A stretch of 64,000 nucleotides of DNA from an uncultured Chloroflexia bacterium (GTDB lineage Bacteria; Chloroflexota; Anaerolineae; Anaerolineales; Villigracilaceae), in the NCBI GenBank assembly GCA_963805515.1, contig CAWDUZ010000004.1:118105-182104 (forward strand), written 5' to 3'. The notes under the pieces were generated by a model that was not told where the DNA came from, did not search any database, and was given only the letters and a program-made list of their open reading frames with translations. The position numbers were made by a program, and so were the translations under genes. The first letter of the stretch is position 1. Each line of letters starts with the position of its first letter. Of the stretch, positions 51,722 through 61,795 are shown one piece after another.

Positions 51722-54323
51722 TCAAGAGGGCTTATGAAGGATCTGCAGGATCTCGAGCGTCTCCTGCTTTCCACCGATGCCGTTCTCGCCGCCAGGGCCG
51801 ACACATGAGGGGCAGCCATCCTTGCACTCACATTCGGAGACCAATTCAAGGGCACGCGCGATCAGCTCGGCGTGCATCTCGTACAGCTTCTGGCTGAAGC
51901 CGATGCCGGCGGGGACCTGATCGTAGAGCACGACGGAGGGGCGGGCCGTGTCCTCATCAGACGGGGAACCGCCGCGCAATGTTCCGGCGGCATCGGTGTG
52001 GGAGCCGAGGTCGCTTGGGTCGCACATGAGGAATAGCGGCGCAAGCTGGCTCAGTACGTAGGACAGCCCTGCCAAGCCGGAACGAATGCGGACGTTCTGC
52101 TCGGCCTTGTGATGGCAGGTGGGGCAGAGCGTGACGAGGTTGTCCATGCGGTTGGCCTCGGCCCAGGAAGTGAAGGTGCGGAAGGGGACCTTATGATGGA
52201 CATCGTGCTCGCGGCCGTTCTCGGGCGCACCGCAAACCTGGCAGCGGAAGCCATCACGCGTGCGGACCGCGAGGCGGATGCGCGGCCAGTTGGGACCGTA
52301 GTCGTTGGGATCGTTGGTCCACAGCGCCGCTGGAGCGAAGCTTATCAACGGCCTCATTGGAGAGAGTGAGCCAGTAGCCGGTGGTCTGCAACTGGGTTGC
52401 CGGCATGTCGAGCGGAGCTTCGCCCAAATTCTCCTGCGTGAACCAGCGCAGCTTCTTGAAACCCACGACCTGCGTGGTCACCTGGATCTCGCCCCAACCT
52501 TTTTCGCCGCCGGGGACGGGTGATAATGCCGACTCGGTGAGAACCTGGATCTCGGAGTGCTGCTGGGCTTCGGTGTAGTAGTCCAGCGCGACGGCGGTGA
52601 GCGTGGCGACCTTCTTCTCGAGATTCAGATCATGCACGAAGTATTGCTGGCCTTCGTGGATATAGATGGCGTTTGGATGGATCATCCAGTAGGCGCTGGC
52701 GAGGTCCACCTGCCCGATGATCTGCGGTCGATCATCGGTGGTCTGAAGGACGACATTCTCCGGCGAAGCGGAACGCAAGGAGATATTGGCGGCGGGATAG
52801 GAATCGGACATCCAGAAATATTGATCCTGGGAGGCATGGACTTCCTGATTGGAGGACAGGTACTCGAGGATCTCCTGCACGGTCTGCGGCGAGAGCGAGC
52901 CGAAGCCTTCGCCCTTCTGGAAGGGCAGCTCGAAGAGGGCACAGCGCAGATGATTGAGCAGGATCAGAAGATGATCGGGATTGATGAGCGCCTGCTCGGG
53001 CGACTTGCCGAAGAAATAATCGGGGTGATGGGCAAGGAACTGATCGAGCGGATTGGCAGAGGCGACGAGCACGGATAGGGCGGGCGCTTCGCCGCGGCCC
53101 GCGCGCCCGGACTGCTGATAGACGCTGGCAATGGAGCCGGGATAGCCGACCAGCAGTGCGGCCCCCAACCCGCCGATATCGATGCCCAACTCGAGGGCGT
53201 TGGTGGCTACGACGGTCTGGAGGGTGCCGGAGCGCAGGCCCTGCTCGATCTCGCGGCGCTGAGACGGGAGGTAGCCGGAGCGATAGCCGCGGATGGGGGA
53301 GTTGAGGAGTCGGGAGTTGGGGAGTCGGGAGTTGGGAGTCGATATTCGGGAATCGGAGGTGAGCTGCGGCCTGGACGATGATGCCTGGCGGTCGTCCTGG
53401 AGATAGGTGAGCATCATCTCGACGCTGCGGCGCGAGCGTGCAAAGATCACGGACTGGACATGGGCGGCGAGCAGATCCTGAGCGAGGCGCACGCTTTCCA
53501 TCAAGGAGCTTTTGCGCAGGCCGAGGGCCTCGTCTATAACCGGCGGATTGTAGAGCAGGAAGTGACGCTCGCCACGCGACGAGCCGTCCTGGTCGATCAG
53601 CTCAACGGGGGCTTCGATGAGCCGGGCAGCAAGCTCCTGCGGGTTGCCGATGGTGGCGGAGGTGAGGATGAACTGCGGGTAGGAGCCGTAAAAGTGAGCG
53701 ACGCGCTTGAGCCGGCGGATGACATTGGCAATGTGCGAGCCGAAGACGCCGCGATAACTGTGCATCTCATCGATCACGACGAAACGCAGGCCGCGGAAGA
53801 AGTCGGCCCAGTTGGTGTGATGCGGGAGGATGCCGGTATGCAGCATATCGGGGTTCGAGAGGATGATGCGGGCGCTCTTGCGGATGAGCGAGCGCTGGCC
53901 CTGCGGCGTGTCGCCATCATAGATGGCGCCGGGGACGTTGACCGCCGGAGACTTGAAGGCTTCCAGCACGGAGAGCTGATCCTGGGAAAGGGCCTTGGTG
54001 GGGAACAGATAGAGGGCGCGGGCGGAAGGCTCGACAAGCAGGGAGGCCATTACAGGCAGGTTGTAGGCGAGGGTCTTGCCGCTGGCGGTGCCGGTGGCGA
54101 GGACGATGTTGCTGCCCGCGCGGGCGGCGACCCATGCATCCAACTGGTGACTGTAGAGCATGGAGATGCCGCGCCTTGACAGGGTCTCGCGCAAGGCAGC
54201 GGGCATATCGTCGGGCAGGGGACGCGTCTGCGCGGGCCGCGCGGGCCGCGTCTGCCAAATGGGGAAGTTGGGAGCGGTCTTCGGGTCGGTGCGCCAGAGG
54301 TTGATGAGAGAGTCTAGAGACAT
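51722..54323 (-). CDS. DEAD/DEAH-box helicase with C-terminal DUF1998 zinc-finger domain (MrfA/YprA/Lhr-like), about 865 aa. There is a frameshift near 52300
   Basis: Walker A GTASGKT, DEMH (DExH), SATIGNP..., HRSGRAGR region. The C-terminal ORF 51722-52357 has the CxxC...CxxC DUF1998 (CQVCG...CPTCHHK...CPSC). An in-frame PNSRL-type tandem repeat at 53281-53345 is encoded. Confidence 0.75.
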
Positions 54324-54379
54324 GGGAGCGGGAATAGTTTACTCTGTGCGGCGGCCTTCGACGAGTAGGAGTGAATAGG

Positions 54380-55030
54380 ATAACCAGGTGGAGCATCGGC
54401 AATTCGTATCGCCGATGTGCGCAGGCCTTTGGAGGTTCAATGGAGGCCATATATGCGACATTGGGACGCGGCGTACGGAGTAGGCCTGCCATATATGGGG
54501 GTCGAAAACCGGCTTTTTACCACCTTGCTCTCTAGAAAAACAATGAGGTTCAATGGCGCTTTTGATGACTTGAAGCGCTCCATTGATTAAGCCGACTTTG
54601 ACCTTTTGGAGGGCATGGCGGACATAAAGGACATTAAAGGGAAGAGCAGGCGCACCTCCGGGGTCAATGGGAGGGAAGAGTGAATAGAGAATCGAGAATG
54701 GATCATGGGAAGACAATCGGTGATAGGCATGGTGTGTTGCTGAGAGTGGCGAGTAGAGCATGCGCCGCAAAGAAGACTTTGGTAGGCAAAGCGCGGTTGG
54801 TGGGAAGAGCAGTAGACACGAAGACAGGTAAACACGGCCAGAGGCAAGCATGGGTTTTCTCTACGGTGAGTGTATCACCAAAATACATAATGGCGGCGGG
54901 ATGCCGCCTTACGTGATCATTATATAGAACGGGTGTTCTGGCGTCAAGGAGAAAGTTTGTGCGCCCGTGTACGCCCTTGTATTAGTACTACAATGTTTTG
55001 TCGAAGGGCCGCTTTTTGGCCCGCAGATAC
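54380..55030 (+). repeat. Dispersed repeat element copy C (inverted partner of copy A at 14521-15060), ending in a promoter-like 10-mer iteron/palindrome module oriented toward the RHS locus
   Basis: See copy A. The end module is gtgcgcccgtgtacgcccttgtattagtactacaatgttttg, i.e. TTGTAC-N16-TACAAT. Confidence 0.6.
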
Positions 55031-55076
55031 CATCCCCGCCTTTGGGGACCCCGCCTGGCGGGAAAGAACGGAACTG

Positions 55077-55364
55077 TGATTTGTCTGATTGGAATGAGGA
55101 CTATGATCGGAGGGTGGCAAATCATAGTGTTCATTCAACCATTGTATTCAGGGTTCCAGAGGAGGCGTGATGGCCGGCAGCTGACTGATCTGTGTGATGA
55201 AATGAGGATGAGGGAGGCTGGCAAATCATGGTATTCATATAATCAGTCTAATCACGGTTCCAGACGAAGCGCGGAGGCGTCTGAACCATGATTTATGTGA
55301 TTGAATGAGAACTATGATGGAAAGTGGGCGGTAACTATGGTTCCTGCCAGCCTTCGAAGCGGCG
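55077..55364. repeat. Three tandem degenerate repeats of about 100-110 bp (TGATYTRTSTGATKRAATGAGRA...GGCAAATCAT...GGTTCC...GGCG)
   Basis: Repeat units start at 55077, 55187 and 55289. They lie between repeat element C and the GxxExxY/RHS locus. No coding support. Confidence 0.6.
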
Positions 55365-55442
55365 ATGAATAATAGGGAGCATAAGGTGATAAACGAGCAA
55401 TACCTCCACTCAGAATTGACGAGTTAAATCATCGGCTGTGCA

Positions 55443-55800
55443 ATGGAGGTGCATAAGACACTGGAGAATGGCTTTCAGGAAGTCATTTATCAGCGCGCAC
55501 TGGAAATCGAAACGTCGAATCAAGCCCTGGCATTCAGCCGTGAACACGAAATGGAGATCTTCAACAAGGGTGTCAAGATCGGAAACCGCCGTGTGGATTT
55601 CTTTGTTGAGCAGAAGGTAATGGTCGAGATCAAGGCTGTCGTTCAATTAGAGGATGTTCATTTGGCACAAGCCAATCAACTATCTGGAAGCTTATGCGGC
55701 TGGAGGTCGGCTTGCTTCTCAACTTTGGCGCTCGGAGTTTACAATTCAAGCGTGTGATGAGGCCCGAAGGGCTCATGCAAGAACACGGGCAAATCATGGT
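55443..55800 (+). CDS. GxxExxY family protein (PD-(D/E)XK-like), with 2 apparent frameshifts
   Basis: ...ENGFQEVIYQRALEIE (GxxExxY), ...RRVDFFVEQKVMVEIKAV.... The family C-terminus (INYLEAY...GLLLNFGARSLQFKRV) is in shifted frames. Confidence 0.55.
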
Positions 55801-55829
55801 CGATTCATAGAGATCATTCCGATCATGAG

Positions 55830-57121
55830 TTCAAAACAGAATGTGACCAGCGTGAGCGCCACGGGTGGAAGCGACGGCTTGTATAGTGAAACCTACGGCT
55901 ATAACCACACCAGCTGGTAATTTGCAAACCAAGGGCAGCCGCACACTGAGCTATGGAACGGATGGGCTTGGAGCGCCTGCGCTGAGCGGTGACAATCAAG
56001 AGTCCAGCCCACGCAAAATTGCGCATGCGCGATCTCTCGATCAGCCGGCACCGGTAATACATACAGCTACGACTGCAACGGCAACATGACCAGCGGACTG
56101 CCAATGGCCAGACGTTCACGATGGGCTACGATGCTGAGAACCGACGGGTGAGCGTCTCGGGTGCAGTCACGGCAAGCTTCGTATATGACGGCGAGGGCAA
56201 CCGAGTGAAATACCACGATCGGCACATTGACCACGACGTTCGTGGGCAATTATTATGAGGTAACGGGAACACAGGTCAACAAGTACTATTACGCTGGCGG
56301 CTCACGCGTGGCGATGAACGCCGGAGGGACGTTGTATTATTTGCTCTCCGACCAACTGGGAAGCACGAGCTTGACAGTGAAGGCCTCAGACAGTAGCACC
56401 TCTGAGATGCGCTACACAGCCTGGGGAGAGACTCGCTATACCTCCGGCACGACGCCTACCAATTACACCTACACCGGCCAATATAGCAACGTCGGCGATT
56501 TCGGGCTGATGTTCTATAATGCCAGGTGGTACGACCCTTATCTTTAACCGCTGGACCCAGCCCGATAGCATTGTACCCAATATATATGATCCACAGGCTT
56601 GGGACAGGTTCGCCTATGTCGATAATAATCCTGTCCGATATAATGACCCATCGGGGCATTGTCTTGAGGACGCTTGTATACTGGAGTTGGTGGTCATCAC
56701 GGCTGCAGTTGGCATGTACGCGTATGTAGCTAGCCCGCAATTTAGAGATGCGGCGAACGCGTTCGGAGCCAATCTAGCGAACTTCATGGACAAAGCGTTT
56801 GCCGTAGGCGAGAAAAAGCCACTGACAGAAGATGAACAAGACAAGGTAGATCACTTAGAAAAAGACTCGGAAGGCTTCTTGAGGAAGCACCCTGACCTGG
56901 AGGAGGAAGCGCAGAAGAAAGCAAGAGGAGAGACACTTGAAAAAGGTGACCATCCAGGAGAAGCGGAGCAATGGGTACAAGGACTAGAAAACGATATAGC
57001 GCATCTTCAAGATGCTCGGCGATCACGCGATAAAGAATCTCAAGCCGCAATAGATCGGGCAATTGAACGTGGGCAACGCTGGATTGATGAGATAAATCGG
57101 AAGCTATACGGAAAAGAATGA
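55830..57121 (+). CDS. Orphan RHS-repeat 3' fragment ending in the RHS junction motif and a C-terminal polymorphic-toxin domain (CT1, about 150 aa of unknown function). The repeat region has multiple frame breaks
   Basis: YD/RHS repeats (...YSYDCNGNMTSG..., ...QTFTMGYDAENRRVSVSGAVTASFVYDGEGNRVK..., ...TFVGNYYEVTGTQVNKYYYAGGSRVAMN...LYYLLSDQLGSTS...). Junction GDFGLMFYNARWYDPYLNRWTQPDSIVP...DRFAYVDNNPVRYNDPSGHC, then a divergent CT. Confidence 0.65.
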
Positions 57122-57672
57122 ACAACATCGACAAATTGAAATTGCGGTTTCAAGAACTCAGGGCAAGATCCTTGCAAGAGAATGCCAAGATTCACGGCAC
57201 GGGTCTTTGGGAATCCTGGCATGAACTAGCCGACGCGCAATATGAACCAGCCAAGGAGTTCTTTATCGAACGACTGGATGATGCACGTTCGGCTTGGAGG
57301 ACGGAGAGTATTAGCTTGCTTGGTTTTCACTACAAATTAGACGATCAAGTTCTGGAGAAGATTCGTGCTTTGTTGCTCCATGACACCGATTCAGGCGTGA
57401 GAATTGTGGCTGCGTCGGTCTTAGGGAGTCAAGGCCGGTATCCAGAGAAAGCACTTCTTCATGCTTTGGATCATGATTCCAATAACCTGGTGAGGGAGTT
57501 TGCCTTCTCTGCTCTTCTAGAGCTTGCAACCGTACCATATCTGGTGAAAAGAAAAGAGCTAAGGAGAGTCAAATCCGAAGAAACAAGCGCAAGTCTTGAA
57601 CAGGTGAAACGAGTGCTTCTTGAACAAAACCTGTTCTCCCAAGCAGCTTTGTTGGACGAAGCGGGAGGTTAA
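57118..57672 (+). CDS. Putative cognate immunity protein for CT1 (alpha-helical, HEAT-like)
   Basis: ORF starts in an ATGA overlap with the CT1 stop, which is the typical toxin-immunity arrangement; no known domain. Confidence 0.45.
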   Translation: MNNIDKLKLRFQELRARSLQENAKIHGTGLWESWHELADAQYEPAKEFFIERLDDARSAWRTESISLLGFHYKLDDQVLEKIRALLLHDTDSGVRIVAASVLGSQGRYPEKALLHALDHDSNNLVREFAFSALLELATVPYLVKRKELRRVKSEETSASLEQVKRVLLEQNLFSQAALLDEAGG

Positions 57673-57729
57673 CATAATCGGATGTTAGCTGTATGCCGCG
57701 CCGCTACAAAATTCCGTGCCTGCCGCCTG

Positions 57730-59274
57730 TTACGGAGGCGAACATTCTTGCACCGAGCCAAACAGTTCGCGCAATTGGCCGGCGATGCTCAGTCTGTCTG
57801 AGTAACTGAGTGTGGGTTGCGCAAGTTGCTTGACCCATCCCAGCACTTGCGTTCGTTCCTGCACCTTAACAACTTCATCGCTTTTCTCTTGATTTGCCTC
57901 CAGCGCAATCTCGAGTCTCTGCTCGATGCGCTGCATGGCCGCGAAGTAATCGTCTGCCACGGTCTGGTCATGCGCCCGGGCATAGATCATGGTGGTGTTG
58001 AGCTTCTTGTGCCCCAGGAAGCGCTGGATGGAGGTGATGCGGCAACCGGCATTCAGCAGCTGCGTGGCACAGGTATGCCGCAGCCGGTGGGGATAGACCT
58101 TCACACCCACCCGCTCGCCAGCATATTTCAAGTGATCCCGGATGATATCCTTTCGCAGGGGCGCATTGCGGTACAGGAAAACGTGATCGCCGCTGCCACC
58201 GCCACGCACTGCCAGGTACTCCTGCAGGGCCTGGATAGCGGTCTCCGCCAGGTACACGGTGCGGTCTACCCGCCCCTTGCCATCCCGCACGCTGAGCCGC
58301 TTGTGACCCAAATCCAGGTCTTCCAGGCGTAGTTCTTCGAGTTCGCCCAGCCGCAAGCCGCCCTGCCAAAGCAAATAGAAGGCCGCCCGGTCCAGCAGGG
58401 CAATACGGCGGTGGCTGGCCAAGACTGCCTCCCGCACAACTCGTTCGAACTCGTCCCGCAGCTTCTTCACCTGCTCATCGGTGAGGTACTTCGGCAGCGG
58501 CTCGGGGATTTTGAGGCCTGGAATGCGCAAGAGCGAGTTGGGCACGGTATAGCCTTCTTCCTGCAGGAAGAGCAGGAAGCTGTGCAAGCAGCGCAACTCG
58601 GCGTTCAGGGTCTGTGCGGATATCCCAGCTTGCAGGCGCATGTCCAGGTAGTCCAGAACGAACTGCCGCTTCACATCCGCCAACTGTTGCACGCCGCGCT
58701 CGGCGCACAGGAAACGCCACACCCGGCCGTGCTTGTTCCAAAAGCCCCGGAGGTTCTGCTCCAGCCGGGCAGAGCGCCAGTTACGCTGCAACACCTTTTC
58801 ATATCGCTCCAGTTCATTCACCAGCCAGGCAGGCAATCCTTGCGTGTGAGCGGGCACATCGAACGGCCGGACGTGGCGCTGCTCCCCCAGCCCGCGTTCG
58901 AGACGGAGATAGCGACGCAGCATGAGGAGAGCCAGCCGGCAGTTCTTGATCCAACCCGCGCTCACTCCTTTGGCCTGCACGTACTGGAGCGCACAATCCA
59001 AATCTGTATCTGGATCAAGCTGGTGATAGGGCTTGAGAGTCAGAGCGAAGACATGCCCGGCCATCTTGAGGTGATGCAACCGGATAACCAACTCACTGAT
59101 CCCGCCGCTGGACAACCAAGTGCGATAGCGTTCCAGAAACTCGAGGTTTTCTTGTGGCCAGTACTTTGTTGGCAGGGGGCGCGGCGTATCGGGCGGCAGA
59201 CGCTTATTGCGCATGTAGTGCAAGCCGAGGTCATAGCTTTCGGCCAATGTGCGGGCCGCATGGATGGGGCACAT
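57730..59274 (-). CDS. Tyrosine recombinase (phage-integrase family), large form of about 514 aa with a duplicated N-terminal SAM-like/core-binding region
   Basis: Catalytic domain ...HRLRHTCATQLLNAGCRITSIQRFLGHKKLNTTMIYARAHDQ (R..HxxR...Y). The ATG at 59272-59274 is adjacent to the upstream recombinase stop. Confidence 0.8.
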   Translation of the reverse strand: MCPIHAARTLAESYDLGLHYMRNKRLPPDTPRPLPTKYWPQENLEFLERYRTWLSSGGISELVIRLHHLKMAGHVFALTLKPYHQLDPDTDLDCALQYVQAKGVSAGWIKNCRLALLMLRRYLRLERGLGEQRHVRPFDVPAHTQGLPAWLVNELERYEKVLQRNWRSARLEQNLRGFWNKHGRVWRFLCAERGVQQLADVKRQFVLDYLDMRLQAGISAQTLNAELRCLHSFLLFLQEEGYTVPNSLLRIPGLKIPEPLPKYLTDEQVKKLRDEFERVVREAVLASHRRIALLDRAAFYLLWQGGLRLGELEELRLEDLDLGHKRLSVRDGKGRVDRTVYLAETAIQALQEYLAVRGGGSGDHVFLYRNAPLRKDIIRDHLKYAGERVGVKVYPHRLRHTCATQLLNAGCRITSIQRFLGHKKLNTTMIYARAHDQTVADDYFAAMQRIEQRLEIALEANQEKSDEVVKVQERTQVLGWVKQLAQPTLSYSDRLSIAGQLRELFGSVQECSPP

Positions 59275-59275
59275 G

Positions 59276-60154
59276 TCACATCGACCCCGTGCGGGATGCC
59301 CAGCCTTCGATCTTCCCGCAGGCGGCATAGTAATCCGCACACACCTGGCTGTCATTGGCCATGACATAGGTCTGCGTGCTCTCGATCCAGCGATGGCCCA
59401 GCAGCTTCTGGATGGAGGTGACGGGCACATCGGCGTTGAGCAGGTCGTTGGCGAAGGTATGGCGCAGGCGATGGGCGCTGAGGACTAATCCGGCCTGTTG
59501 CCGATAGCGCACGAGCCGTTTGTGGATGGCGGTGGTGGAGAGACCGTCTTGCAAGTAGCTCAGGAAGACGAACTCGCTGGCAACCTTCGGGCGCTCCAGC
59601 AGGTATGCCCGCAAGGCGCGTTCGGCTTGCGGCGAGAGGTACACGGCGCGCTCTCGGGAGCCCTTGCCCGGCACCACGATGCGCGGGAAGGTCTCAGCCA
59701 GATAGAGGTCTGCCAGTTGCAGGCTGGCGACTTCCGCAATGCGCAGCCCGCCACGCAGCATGAGCAGGAACATGGCGCGGTCGCGCCTATCGGTGATGAC
59801 GGCAAAGAAGGCCTGGAGGTCCTGTTCCGGCACCGGCCGCGGCAAACGCTGCTGTTCACGCAGCAGGTGGCGCCTGGGATGCACCGGGCAGGCCAGCGTA
59901 TCATCCTCCACCGAGAGAAAGGCATAGAATGCCACGACAGACGCCAGGCGGCGGTTGATGGTGGAGGCCTGGAAGCCCCTCTCGCTCTGCACGGCCACGA
60001 AGCGGTCTATGTCATGAAACGAGATCCTGTCGGGCGGACGGTCCCCCACGACCTGGGCGAAGAAGCGCAGATCATAGCCATAGTCCTTCCAGGTGCGCGC
60101 CCCGGGCGAACGGCGGCGGGTCCAATTGACGAAGCGTTCGATTTCGGCTAGCAT
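59276..60154 (-). CDS. Tyrosine recombinase (XerC/XerD-like, about 293 aa), immediately upstream of and co-oriented with the large recombinase
   Basis: ...AHRLRHTFANDLLNADVPVTSIQKLLGHRWIESTQTYVMAN...; GGAGG SD before MLAEIERF. Confidence 0.8.
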   Translation of the reverse strand: MLAEIERFVNWTRRRSPGARTWKDYGYDLRFFAQVVGDRPPDRISFHDIDRFVAVQSERGFQASTINRRLASVVAFYAFLSVEDDTLACPVHPRRHLLREQQRLPRPVPEQDLQAFFAVITDRRDRAMFLLMLRGGLRIAEVASLQLADLYLAETFPRIVVPGKGSRERAVYLSPQAERALRAYLLERPKVASEFVFLSYLQDGLSTTAIHKRLVRYRQQAGLVLSAHRLRHTFANDLLNADVPVTSIQKLLGHRWIESTQTYVMANDSQVCADYYAACGKIEGWASRTGSM

Positions 60155-60255
60155 GAAGAAGCCTCCTACGAGCAGAATTTTGGACAGGTATCCGCATTCT
60201 ACTCGCAGGAGGCTCTCACACCTCACCGGGAAGAAACGTGGTTAAAGATAAGTGA

Positions 60256-60864
60256 CCCGCCCTGGGACGCTTTGCCCAGGCGGATAGCGTCGTGCCGGAC
60301 GGGGTGCAGGGCTATGATCGGTACGCGTATGTAAACAATGATCCGATTGGGCGCGTAGACCCCACGGGACACTATGGCCAATGTCGAGACGGGGACAGCA
60401 ACTACAAATGCAACCATATCATCCCGCACCAGATGCAGCTCGATCAGCAGCAGGCGCTGACGTTAGCACTCCAACACCAGATCTTATGGGCCTGGCAAAT
60501 GAGCCGGATAATGGAATGAGGGTTAAGCTGCCAAGGGCTGTCCTGCTTCGGCCTGGGCGGCATCCCTGGAGGCGGGTTAGGCGGGAATGTCCGCGATGGT
60601 ACATTGGCTTTCGGCCAGTTCCAAAGCTTAGGAGGCGGACCCAATTGGAAAAAGATTGCGACGGGCGCAGCTCTTGTCTTGGCAACTGATGTCTCTGTGG
60701 TCATTGTGGGTGTTGGCGTTTACATGTCATGGGAAATCGTTGTGCCTATTCTCGGCGAGGCGGCGATAACCGAGTACCCGTGGGTGGTAGTATTTGGCAG
60801 TACAGTCATCGCTCTGAACTACAATGGCGTGCAGATGATGGTGGAGGGTATTAAAGGACAATAA
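60256..60864 (+). CDS. RHS C-terminal tip cassette CT2. It begins exactly at the right half of the RHS junction motif and runs into a Gly-rich/TM toxin-like domain interrupted by one in-frame TGA
   Basis: PALGRFAQADSVVPDGVQGYDRYAYVNNDPIGRVDPTGHY...QMSRIME*GLSCQGLSCFGLGGIPGGGLGGNV...IATGAALVLATDVSVVIVGVGVYM... all in one frame with a TGA at 60517-60519. No upstream RHS body (a stop sits at 60253). Confidence 0.45.
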
Positions 60865-60927
60865 TGGCGTAATGCCAGTCTGGACCTATATTTTCCTACA
60901 TTTTTCTGGGAACTCGAGGAGGCTCCA

Positions 60928-61221
60928 ATGAAAGACCCACTCATGTTGATGATAATCATATTCAATTTTATCATCCTAGCACCGATTAGCGTAATTCTGC
61001 GGTCATGGCGAGAACGGGGCACATTAACCGAAAAGAAATTCGCCATAACGTTGACAGCATATTTCAGCTTTTCATTTGTGACTCCTCTAATACCTGTAAT
61101 GATTGGCTATCCCCAAACAACCGCATTGGTCGATGCAGGTGCACTGCTGGTACTCTGGTGCATCGGCTATCCGTGCCTGCGTTGGCTTTATAGACAGTTC
61201 GACTCGCCGAGGCGTCGGTGA
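60928..61221 (+). CDS. Small 3-TM membrane protein, candidate immunity protein (paralog of 61385-61654)
   Basis: 97 aa; C-terminus ...CLRWLYRQFDSP resembles ...ARWIYRQFEPHK in the next ORF; AT-richer DNA. Confidence 0.4.
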   Translation: MKDPLMLMIIIFNFIILAPISVILRSWRERGTLTEKKFAITLTAYFSFSFVTPLIPVMIGYPQTTALVDAGALLVLWCIGYPCLRWLYRQFDSPRRR

Positions 61222-61384
61222 TTACCGCAATTGAACCGACGGTCCGGAGATTGAATCAGGAATTCAAAAAATTGGCCGTGAAGGCGATGAAGCATGGCGT
61301 TCTTCTCGCAATTTACTCCTGTGCAAAGCTATCGTCAACTTACGGAATCGACAGCTTGAAGTTTACTAGAGTCAGGATGCAGAA

Positions 61385-61654
61385 ATGAAGCTCTTTGGAT
61401 TCGTATGTGCAATTCTCTTTTGGCTAGGTGTGATCCGGATGCAGATTCGGTGGCGTACGCAGGGCAAGCTCAACGAGGCGAGCTTCGCCCTTTTCCAAGT
61501 TGCCGCTTTGGGGCTTCTAATCTTGGCCGGATTTCTTCTGTTCTCAAATACATGGCAAGTAATGGTAGGAGGGATTGTGCTCTCAACATTGTCGATGACT
61601 TTTGGACTCCCAGTGGCTCGATGGATCTACAGGCAGTTCGAGCCGCACAAGTGA
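61385..61654 (+). CDS. Small 3-TM membrane protein, candidate immunity protein (paralog of 60928-61221)
   Basis: 89 aa; paralogous C-terminal motif. Confidence 0.4.
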   Translation: MKLFGFVCAILFWLGVIRMQIRWRTQGKLNEASFALFQVAALGLLILAGFLLFSNTWQVMVGGIVLSTLSMTFGLPVARWIYRQFEPHK

Positions 61655-61715
61655 TCACACATTCTGTGGGTATTGGTGACGTCTTTTGACCTATTCCAGT
61701 CGGTGCAACGCACCG

Positions 61716-61795
61716 CGCCATCGCCGACTTCGGGCTGATATTCTATAATGCCAGGCGGATAGCGAAGGGACAGCAGCGACCGGTGGAGGTTTAGT
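61716..61795 (+). other. Isolated left half of the RHS junction (AIADFGLIFYNAR), followed at the 14-bp core by unrelated sequence and a stop
   Basis: gacttcgggctgatattctataatgccagg is 28/30 identical at DNA level to the CT1 junction at 56492-56521. It diverges exactly after ...aatgccagg. Confidence 0.5.

Larger units (their letters stand above)
57730..61764. mobile_element. Putative site-specific recombination module: a tandem tyrosine-recombinase pair plus an adjacent 1.5-kb cassette bounded by 14-bp direct repeats (CCAGGCGGATAGCG), carrying an RHS toxin tip and immunity-like genes
   Basis: The two recombinases are co-oriented, a Tn554 TnpA/TnpB-like small+large pair. Direct repeats at 60276-60289 and 61751-61764; lower GC in 60.9-61.7 kb. 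Confidence 0.4.

Noticed and set aside
55077-55364. Possible CRISPR array
   Set aside because: The repeats are about 100 bp, degenerate (about 70-75% identity) and contiguous without unique spacers. This is not CRISPR-like; no cas genes are in the window.
57730-60154. RIT (recombinase-in-trio) element
   Set aside because: Only two tandem tyrosine recombinases are present. The sequence upstream of the second one is the plus-strand RHS CT2 cassette, so there is no third recombinase.
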